Below, one piece after another: positions 16,713-22,950 of a stretch of DNA of 32,000 nucleotides (positions are counted from its first letter, which is position 1; each line of letters starts with the position of its first letter). The DNA is taken from contig NC_006624.1 in the NCBI RefSeq assembly GCF_000009965.1, positions 2,056,738-2,088,737 on the forward strand, written 5' to 3'. The notes beneath the pieces are model-generated. The model was not told where the DNA came from. It saw only the letters and a program-made list of their open reading frames with translations, and searched no databases. Source of the DNA: Thermococcus kodakarensis KOD1 (lineage in GTDB: Archaea; Methanobacteriota_B; Thermococci; Thermococcales; Thermococcaceae). Made by a program: the position numbers and the translations under genes.

Positions 16713-18047
16713 ATGGTTGAGAAGTTTGATACGATATACGACTACTATGTTGACAAGGGCTACGAGCCCAGCAAGAAGAGGGACATCATAGCTGTATTCC
16801 GTGTGACGCCGGCAGAGGGCTACACTATCGAGCAGGCGGCTGGAGCCGTGGCAGCTGAGAGCTCAACTGGAACCTGGACGACACTCTATCCCTGGTACGA
16901 GCAGGAGAGATGGGCCGACCTCTCGGCCAAGGCCTACGACTTCCACGACATGGGCGACGGCAGCTGGATAGTCAGAATAGCCTACCCGTTCCACGCCTTT
17001 GAGGAGGCCAACCTTCCGGGCCTTCTCGCGAGCATAGCCGGAAACATTTTCGGAATGAAGCGCGTAAAGGGGCTCCGCCTTGAGGATCTTTACTTCCCGG
17101 AGAAGCTCATAAGGGAGTTCGACGGCCCGGCCTTCGGTATCGAGGGCGTAAGGAAGATGCTCGAGATTAAGGACAGGCCTATCTATGGTGTCGTTCCAAA
17201 GCCAAAGGTCGGTTATTCTCCGGAGGAGTTCGAGAAGCTGGCCTACGACCTTCTCTCAAACGGTGCCGACTACATGAAGGACGACGAGAACCTCACGAGC
17301 CCGTGGTACAACCGCTTCGAGGAGAGGGCCGAGATAATGGCGAAGATAATTGACAAGGTAGAGAACGAGACGGGTGAGAAGAAGACATGGTTCGCGAACA
17401 TAACCGCTGACCTCCTCGAAATGGAGCAGAGGCTTGAGGTTCTTGCTGACCTTGGTCTCAAGCATGCGATGGTTGATGTTGTTATAACCGGCTGGGGAGC
17501 GCTAAGGTACATCAGGGACCTCGCGGCCGATTACGGGCTTGCCATCCACGGCCACAGGGCAATGCACGCGGCCTTCACGAGGAACCCGTACCACGGCATC
17601 TCGATGTTCGTTCTTGCGAAGCTTTACAGGCTCATAGGCATTGACCAGCTCCACGTTGGAACCGCTGGAGCTGGCAAGCTTGAGGGCGGCAAGTGGGACG
17701 TCATTCAGAACGCCAGGATTCTCAGGGAGAGCCACTACAAGCCCGATGAAAACGACGTCTTCCACCTTGAGCAGAAGTTCTACAGCATAAAGGCCGCGTT
17801 CCCGACAAGCTCTGGTGGATTACATCCGGGCAACATCCAGCCCGTTATAGAGGCCCTCGGAACCGACATAGTCCTCCAGCTCGGAGGTGGAACCCTCGGC
17901 CATCCGGACGGGCCTGCCGCAGGTGCACGGGCAGTCAGGCAGGCAATCGATGCCATAATGCAGGGAATACCGCTCGACGAGTACGCGAAGACTCACAAGG
18001 AGCTTGCGAGGGCCCTGGAGAAGTGGGGTCACGTTACTCCAGTCTGA
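16713..18047 (+). CDS. rbcL: Type III ribulose-1,5-bisphosphate carboxylase/oxygenase large subunit
   Basis: 444 aa from MVEKFDTIYDYYVDKGYEP. The active-site region is GADYMKDDENL with the carbamylated Lys context, plus GHRAMHAAF and GGGTLGHP. ATG 16713 follows GGGGTGA; the 26-codon upstream extension in the track is rejected. Confidence 0.97.
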   Translation: MVEKFDTIYDYYVDKGYEPSKKRDIIAVFRVTPAEGYTIEQAAGAVAAESSTGTWTTLYPWYEQERWADLSAKAYDFHDMGDGSWIVRIAYPFHAFEEANLPGLLASIAGNIFGMKRVKGLRLEDLYFPEKLIREFDGPAFGIEGVRKMLEIKDRPIYGVVPKPKVGYSPEEFEKLAYDLLSNGADYMKDDENLTSPWYNRFEERAEIMAKIIDKVENETGEKKTWFANITADLLEMEQRLEVLADLGLKHAMVDVVITGWGALRYIRDLAADYGLAIHGHRAMHAAFTRNPYHGISMFVLAKLYRLIGIDQLHVGTAGAGKLEGGKWDVIQNARILRESHYKPDENDVFHLEQKFYSIKAAFPTSSGGLHPGNIQPVIEALGTDIVLQLGGGTLGHPDGPAAGARAVRQAIDAIMQGIPLDEYAKTHKELARALEKWGHVTPV

Positions 18048-18065
18048 GCTGTTTCAGGGTTAGTG

Positions 18066-18084
18066 TTCTTTTCTTCCTTTTCTA
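18066..18084 (+). terminator. Oligo-T terminator region after RuBisCO
   Basis: TTCTTTTCTTCCTTTTCT starts 19 nt after the stop. Archaeal termination uses T-tracts. Confidence 0.45.
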
Positions 18085-18131
18085 TCTGTCCTTTATCTCC
18101 ATGTGTGTTTGACATTACCACCAGCTCAAAC

Positions 18132-18148
18132 CGAAAAAGGTTTAAATA
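18132..18148 (+). promoter_or_regulatory. BRE/TATA of the phr promoter
   Basis: CGAAAAAGG-TTTAAATA lies about 41-48 nt before ATG 18189. The expected TSS is near 18168-18171. Confidence 0.5.
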
Positions 18149-18151
18149 CTT

Positions 18152-18175
18152 TTTACTAACTTTGGGTTAGGGAAA
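18152..18175 (+). promoter_or_regulatory. Phr operator (autoregulatory), 12 of 13 consensus positions
   Basis: TTTActaACtttggGTtAggGAAA is compared with the Phr consensus I recall, TTTAnnnACnnnnnGTnAnnAAAA. It lies immediately downstream of the TATA box and spans the expected TSS. Confidence 0.6.
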
Positions 18176-18188
18176 GGGGGTGAGAGCT

Positions 18189-18785
18189 ATGGAGTCAAAT
18201 CGAGACCTTGGGAGACTCCTCGATATCCTGGGTAATGAGACGAGGAGGAGAATACTCCTCCTGCTCACAAAGAGGCCATACTTCGTCAGCGAGCTGAGTC
18301 AAGAGCTTGGCGTTGGGCAGAAGGCGGTGCTGGAGCACCTTAGAATACTCGAGAGTGCAGGGCTGATCGAGGGGAGGACAGAAAAGATACCCAGGGGCAG
18401 ACCCAGAAAGTACTACACGATAAAGCGCGGCTTCAGGCTTGAGGTACTGCTCACTCCATACACATTCGGCACAGACATATACGAACCGAAGAAACCGAGG
18501 GCGACGGCCGAGTACCAGCAGGCTAGGGAGCTGATAAAGTCAACGGAGCCAATTGAGACTAAGGTGGACGAGCTGGTTCAGTTCCTCGATGAGGTGCAGA
18601 GGCGCATTGATGAGGCCATGAGAATGAAGCAGGAGCTTGAGGAAGTCCGCCTGCTTGTTGAGACTTACATAGAGAACCTTATGCGAAGGATTGCCCAGGA
18701 AAACGAGGCGGAGTTCGAGAGATTACTGAAAGAGCTCAGACCTAAACTTCCAAAGAAGATACTGGAAGACCTAGAGAGCTTTTAG
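18189..18785 (+). CDS. phr: Heat-shock transcriptional regulator Phr (ArsR-like wHTH plus long coiled coil)
   Basis: LGNETRRRILLLLTKRPYFVSELSQELGVGQKAVLEHLRILESAGLIE...RGRPRKYY is the wHTH. The C-terminal helical region follows. This matches my memory of Pyrococcus Phr and its T. kodakarensis orthologue. ATG 18189 follows GGGGGTGAG. Confidence 0.8.
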   Translation: MESNRDLGRLLDILGNETRRRILLLLTKRPYFVSELSQELGVGQKAVLEHLRILESAGLIEGRTEKIPRGRPRKYYTIKRGFRLEVLLTPYTFGTDIYEPKKPRATAEYQQARELIKSTEPIETKVDELVQFLDEVQRRIDEAMRMKQELEEVRLLVETYIENLMRRIAQENEAEFERLLKELRPKLPKKILEDLESF

Positions 18786-18821
18786 GAAGTCGTTAAAGGA
18801 GAAAGCTGAAAAAGAGAGACT

Positions 18822-19025
18822 TTAGAGTATTTTGCCCTCTTCCTTCATTCTTACGAGCCTCGTTATGTAGCCGGCGATCCTGTTCCTTATCGTCTTGCTG
18901 GTAACGTTGGTGAGCTCGGCCACCATCTTCTTGTTGTGCTCAAAGTCCCTGGTGAACTTGTCAGGGTACCTGTCAAAGAGCTCACGGGCAGTCCTCTTAA
19001 TGAACGTCTGCTTGATGTTTCCCAT
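18822..19025 (-). CDS. rps17e: 30S ribosomal protein S17e (eS17)
   Basis: [61 protein letters not shown] is the eS17 family pattern. The ATG at 19025 is used rather than the GTG at 19034. Confidence 0.95.
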
Positions 19026-19075
19026 TCTCACCACCTCTCGGATAATCTTCAGCCGTAACCAAAATCAGGAGTGTC

Positions 19076-19090
19076 CTTTTAAAGGTTTTC
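19076..19090 (-). promoter_or_regulatory. Consensus BRE/TATA of the rps17e promoter
   Basis: The minus strand reads GAAAACCTTTAAAAG, identical to 19571-19585. It lies about 50 nt upstream of ATG 19025. Confidence 0.55.
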
Positions 19091-19150
19091 CCGTCCGGCT
19101 GGTTCTTCAAAGAAGCAAACGTTATTAACCGCCTCCGGGAACGTGAGACC

Positions 19151-19582
19151 ATGTTGAGGGAAGTAATCCACTGCCACGGGCACGAGAACGTCAAAGCCAC
19201 GCACCGCTCAACCCTTGAATTCACCAAAGAGGACTTTCTGACACCGAGAGGAGACTGCATAATATGCATTGGGGCAGACAAAGCAATCAACGACCTCAAC
19301 GATGAGTTCAAAAATGCACTTAGGGAAGGTAAAAAGCTCCTGATAAGGATAAAGGTCGGTGACCTCGTGGATGAGGTCGTTGCGTGGGGGAGTCCCGAGC
19401 TTATTCTTGACCATGATGTATCCATGGTCGTCAGAAAAAGCACCTACATAGATGCGAGAACGCTCGCTATAAGGGCCAACAAGGCCGCCAGAGATGTGGA
19501 CAGGCGTATCATCGAACTCCTGAAAAATCCCGGGCAGAGGGCCATCATTGAGCTTATCATCGAGGACAACGAAAACCTTTAA
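19151..19582 (+). CDS. DUF371-family protein (function unknown)
   Basis: 143 aa. HCHGHENVKATHRSTLEFTKEDFLTPRGDCIICIGADK fits the DUF371 N-terminal pattern as I recall it. The TATA-like GTTATTAAC at 19121-19129 lies about 26 nt before the ATG, so the mRNA is possibly leaderless. Confidence 0.65.
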   Translation: MLREVIHCHGHENVKATHRSTLEFTKEDFLTPRGDCIICIGADKAINDLNDEFKNALREGKKLLIRIKVGDLVDEVVAWGSPELILDHDVSMVVRKSTYIDARTLAIRANKAARDVDRRIIELLKNPGQRAIIELIIEDNENL

Positions 19583-19585
19583 AAG
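19571..19585 (+). promoter_or_regulatory. Consensus BRE/TATA (GAAAACCTTTAAAAG) of the hypothetical-gene promoter
   Basis: A purine-rich BRE is followed by TTTAAAAG about 27 nt before the TGGTGA at 19607-19612. It overlaps the last codons of the DUF371 gene. Confidence 0.6.
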
Positions 19586-19594
19586 CTCAACATT

Positions 19595-19618
19595 TTTACT
19601 AACCTTTGGTGATGAAAA
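19595..19618 (+). promoter_or_regulatory. Phr operator, 13 of 13 consensus positions
   Basis: TTTActaACctttgGTgAtgAAAA matches every specified position. It contains TGGTGA where the Pyrococcus sites have TGGTAA at the TSS. It shares the 11-mer TTTTTACTAAC with the phr promoter. Confidence 0.65.
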
Positions 19619-20286
19619 TGCTCGAGGGATACTACATAGTCGAGAACACCGGTGTTGTCCCGGCCGAGAGGAGGTTCAAGTTTAAGGACCTCAAGGCCTG
19701 GGGCTACGACCTCCACCTTGGGACGATAGACGGCAGGGAAGCCTACTTCGTCTCAAAGGCTGGCACCAGGGAAGAGGGAGAGACATACACGGAAGGAGGA
19801 AAGGAGTACCACATCAGCGAGACCCAGAAAGAGATACCAAAGAACGCGAGACTCTTGGCGAGAATAGTCATCGAGAAGGGTCAGCCTTACCTGGAGTTCT
19901 GGCTCGACACAGAGGACGGCAACTTCCCGCTGGCAAAGGAAGACCCGAGGCTCATACTCCACCGCTTCTGGACCGAGAAGAAGTTCAACCAGCTCGAGAA
20001 GCACGTGGGAAGCGTCGGCCTGACGACGGACTTCTTCAAGGACAGGGTCTTCGTCAAGAGCATTCCCCTTCCCTACGAGGAGTACCCGCCGAAGGTTAGA
20101 AGGGTCTTAAGGGAGGTAAGGGACGTCCACAGAGACCTGACGGGCTTTGGAAGGTTCGTCTTCCAGTACTTTGGAGAGGAAGACAAGACCCACCAGTACC
20201 GCCTCTGGTGGCTCCTGCCGACGATACACCTCTTCGACGTTGAGGTCTCCAACGAGGTCGACAAGATACTCGCTATGCTCGACTGA
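19618..20286 (+). CDS. Conserved hypothetical protein (Thermococcales UPF-type family; function unknown)
   Basis: A long ORF with normal composition. I recognise no catalytic motif. The start is ATG 19618 or ATG 19612. The promoter carries a Phr-type operator (listed separately). Confidence 0.7.
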   Translation: MLEGYYIVENTGVVPAERRFKFKDLKAWGYDLHLGTIDGREAYFVSKAGTREEGETYTEGGKEYHISETQKEIPKNARLLARIVIEKGQPYLEFWLDTEDGNFPLAKEDPRLILHRFWTEKKFNQLEKHVGSVGLTTDFFKDRVFVKSIPLPYEEYPPKVRRVLREVRDVHRDLTGFGRFVFQYFGEEDKTHQYRLWWLLPTIHLFDVEVSNEVDKILAMLD

Positions 20287-20325
20287 AGGGCTTTAAGCCG
20301 TTTTCAATTTTCTTCGGGTGGGAAT

Positions 20326-20775
20326 ATGGACATCAGAAGGCTCGTACGGACGAGGGACCTGCTGGTTTTGTGGAAGCTGAAGATAACGAGGGCGGCGAGT
20401 TACCTCAGCATCGCCAACAGCTTCATGATACTCTTCGTTTTCGTTAAGGAGCTCTATTCGGTTCCATGGATAGCTGAGAGGTTCTCATTCAGGGAGTTCG
20501 TGGGTATAGCCTACGCCTTGGCGATTGTCGGGTTTATAGTTCTGGCCCAGCTCGACTGGCACTTCATGTACAAGAGGGAGCAGAGCTACGCCCTGACCAG
20601 GAACCCACTCCTCCCAGCCCAGTGCTTTACGACTCTGTACCTCCTTGAAAAGGCCGTTGAGGAGGGTAGGATAACCGAGGAAGAAGCCAGAAGGGTCATT
20701 GCTTCCCTCCAGTTGGCGGGCTGCGATGTCAGGAATGCAAAGATTGAAGCTGGGCCGAGTGGGAATGGGAATTAA
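20326..20775 (+). CDS. Small membrane protein with a cytoplasmic helical C-terminus (function unknown)
   Basis: 149 aa with two clear hydrophobic segments (SYLSIANSFMILFVFV, FVGIAYALAIVGFIVLAQL). A GGGTGGG SD lies upstream. It is 39 nt after the previous gene, so it is probably co-transcribed. Confidence 0.6.
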   Translation: MDIRRLVRTRDLLVLWKLKITRAASYLSIANSFMILFVFVKELYSVPWIAERFSFREFVGIAYALAIVGFIVLAQLDWHFMYKREQSYALTRNPLLPAQCFTTLYLLEKAVEEGRITEEEARRVIASLQLAGCDVRNAKIEAGPSGNGN

Positions 20776-20786
20776 TTGATGTTGTT

Positions 20787-21587
20787 TCAAACTTTAACAA
20801 GCTCCCAACCCCGCTTGTGCGTCTCTATTCCCTCGGTTTTCACTCCAAGCTCTTTGATTTCTCTCCTGAGCTTCTCTACGAACTTCCCGAACTTTCCGTC
20901 GTCGGTTAGGATTTCGTAAATCTCCGGATACCCCTCCTGAAGGAGTCTTTGAAACTCCCTGCCGGAAGCGCGGAGGTTGAGGACTTCGAAGAAGTAGTAG
21001 TCGGCGAAGTCCCGTGTTTCTTCCACTATGGAAGAGATGTCAGTAACTTCCGGTATTATAGGGCTCACGAAAACGTAGGTTTTCAGGCCGGCTTCTTTAA
21101 GCTCCTTCAGGGCGTTAATCCGGGCTTCCTGAACTGGCGTTAGGGGCTCAAAGAGCCTTTTCTCCCTCCCTCTAAACCCGTTTATTGTCAGTCCGACCTC
21201 TATCCTGTCAAAGAGCCTGAAAAGGTCTATGTCCCGGGTGACGAGCGGCGACTTCGTTAGTATTGAGAGCTCGTTCCTCTTGTCCATGTACTGGAGAACC
21301 CGCCTCGTAAGCTTCAACTTGGCCTCTATTGGCTGGTAGGGGTCGCTGACCGTTGACATGACGACGCTTCCCTTCACCCTCTTTCTTGCAAGCTCGGGTG
21401 CGTTGACCTTAACCTCAACCCAGCTTCCCCACTTACCGTAGTCCTTCCACTTCGTGAGGAACTTGGCGTAGCAGTAGGAGCAGGCGAAGGCGCAGCCGAC
21501 GTACTGGTTGACCGTCCAGTCAACTCTTGGTATCCTGGAGGGAGTGTAGATGCTCTTTATCCGGGTCTTTATGATATTCACTTCCAT
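20787..21587 (-). CDS. Radical SAM protein (SplB / 'DNA repair photolyase' COG1533-like)
   Basis: The CAFACSYC motif (CxxxCxxC) lies near the N-terminus in the context NQYVGCAFACSYCYAKF. Its 266-aa size fits the SPL-like subgroup. Confidence 0.8.
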   Translation of the reverse strand: MEVNIIKTRIKSIYTPSRIPRVDWTVNQYVGCAFACSYCYAKFLTKWKDYGKWGSWVEVKVNAPELARKRVKGSVVMSTVSDPYQPIEAKLKLTRRVLQYMDKRNELSILTKSPLVTRDIDLFRLFDRIEVGLTINGFRGREKRLFEPLTPVQEARINALKELKEAGLKTYVFVSPIIPEVTDISSIVEETRDFADYYFFEVLNLRASGREFQRLLQEGYPEIYEILTDDGKFGKFVEKLRREIKELGVKTEGIETHKRGWELVKV

Positions 21588-21623
21588 CTCAACGCACCGG
21601 GAGTAAAGGTTGGAAAAGAAAAG

Positions 21624-22649
21624 TCAGAGACTCAAACCGAGAGCCAGCTTGGGCTTCTTCCACTCGTCGAGGATTTCTTTCAGTTCTTCGTTCTCGACTT
21701 TCTCGTAAAGTTCATCAAAGCGCTTCTTGGCCTCGTCGTCTCCCGCCTTCCACCTGGCGAGCTCCCCTATGGCCCTGAAGAAGTATGCTGTGTCGTCCTC
21801 GAAAAGCTCGGCAAAGGCCTCCATGTTCTTTGCAACGGCCTCGTAGGAGCCTTCCTCAAAGAGTCCACTTATGAAGTCTATCAAGGTGTCGAAGACGATT
21901 CCGAAGATGTCATCGCTCACGTCTATCGCTTTGACGAGGGCCTCGCGCAGGGCCTTGAAGGCTTTATCGTAGTCTCCCCTCCCAGCCCAGATTTCGGCCT
22001 CAATGAGCTTGGCGTTAATCTCTATTTCGTCGTCCCTAGGGTTCCTGAGGACTTCCTTTATCAGGGCCTCGGCTTCGTCGTATTCGCCCAGCTCGTACTT
22101 GAAGTGGGCCAAATCGAGAAGGCTTATGAGGTAGTTCTTCTCCTCGTTCAGCCTCTCGAATATCTCTCTGGCCTTCTCCATGAGCTCTATGGCCTTCTCG
22201 GTCTCGCCTATCTCGTCGTAGTTCACCGCAAGGTTGGCGAGGGTCAGGGCTATCTCCTTCTCGTTCTTCAGGACTTTCTCTTCATGCTCAAGGAGCTTCT
22301 GGTAGGTCTCTATAGCTTTCTCAGGCATTCCAAAGTGCTCGTAGGCGTCGGCGAGGTAATAGAGTGCCGTCGCGTACTCTTCGGGATCGTCCTTTTTCAT
22401 CTCGACGAGCTTCTTGTAGAGTTCAATTCCCGCCTCAACATCGCCGAGGTGGGAATAAACATGGGCTATCTCATGGGCCAGGTCGTAGGGGTCTTCGCAC
22501 TGGAGGGCAACTTCTTTGAGACGTTCAAGCTCCTTTCTGAGGGTCTCTTCGTCCTCGATTGAGTCGATATAATCGTCAAAGAGCTCAAGGAGCTTCTCGC
22601 AGTCCTTCTCTTCAAGGGCCTTTTTCCATTCGAGTTTAATTTCACTCAT
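21624..22649 (-). CDS. Acidic tetratricopeptide-repeat (TPR) protein
   Basis: 341 aa. It has repeated about-34-aa units with A/Y/L spacing (e.g. ALYYLADAYEHFGMPEKAIETYQKLL, LANLAVNYDEIGETEKAIELMEKA). It is very Glu/Asp-rich. Confidence 0.75.
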   Translation of the reverse strand: MSEIKLEWKKALEEKDCEKLLELFDDYIDSIEDEETLRKELERLKEVALQCEDPYDLAHEIAHVYSHLGDVEAGIELYKKLVEMKKDDPEEYATALYYLADAYEHFGMPEKAIETYQKLLEHEEKVLKNEKEIALTLANLAVNYDEIGETEKAIELMEKAREIFERLNEEKNYLISLLDLAHFKYELGEYDEAEALIKEVLRNPRDDEIEINAKLIEAEIWAGRGDYDKAFKALREALVKAIDVSDDIFGIVFDTLIDFISGLFEEGSYEAVAKNMEAFAELFEDDTAYFFRAIGELARWKAGDDEAKKRFDELYEKVENEELKEILDEWKKPKLALGLSL

Positions 22650-22831
22650 TTCTGATCACCGGGCCTTATCTTGGTTGAGGGGTTAAAAAGGTATGCCGTC
22701 CAGATTCGGAGCATTTTGCTAGAAAAATTCTTGTATTTTTGAATAAATGTCAAAATTCTGACGCATTTTATTTGGATGTGGGGTTCTCCTGACGTTTTGA
22801 CCTGTAAGAACGTCAATAATTGGGTGGCCAA

Positions 22832-22850
22832 TTTGGATAATTTATCCAAA
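22832..22850. promoter_or_regulatory. Perfect palindrome TTTGGATAA-T-TTATCCAAA (candidate operator, distal)
   Basis: 9-bp arms around a single central base, located in the 300-bp divergent region between the TPR gene and nrdD. Confidence 0.55.
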
Positions 22851-22925
22851 ACTTGCCACATTTATGGAACAGTGACCATCGGTTCAAAGGTAATCGTTAT
22901 TAACTCCCTTCTCATTCACCCTATT

Positions 22926-22940
22926 TGGATAAATTATCCA
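22926..22940. promoter_or_regulatory. Perfect palindrome TGGATAA-A-TTATCCA (candidate operator, proximal)
   Basis: 7-bp arms, the same core as the distal site. It lies 10 nt before the nrdD ATG and about 26 nt after the TATA-like GTTATTAAC (22896-22904), which is at the expected TSS. Confidence 0.55.
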
Positions 22941-22950
22941 GGTGTTGAAA

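Noticed and set aside
19121-19129. GTTATTAAC (SurR core GTTn3AAC) upstream of the DUF371 gene. It recurs at 22896-22904 upstream of nrdD, and GTTTTTAAC occurs at 16537-16545.
   Set aside because: The 6 specified bases are expected several times by chance in 32 kb, and the extended SurR motif is absent. The first two copies sit exactly where a TATA box should be (about 26 nt before an ATG or TSS), so they are more simply TATA variants.
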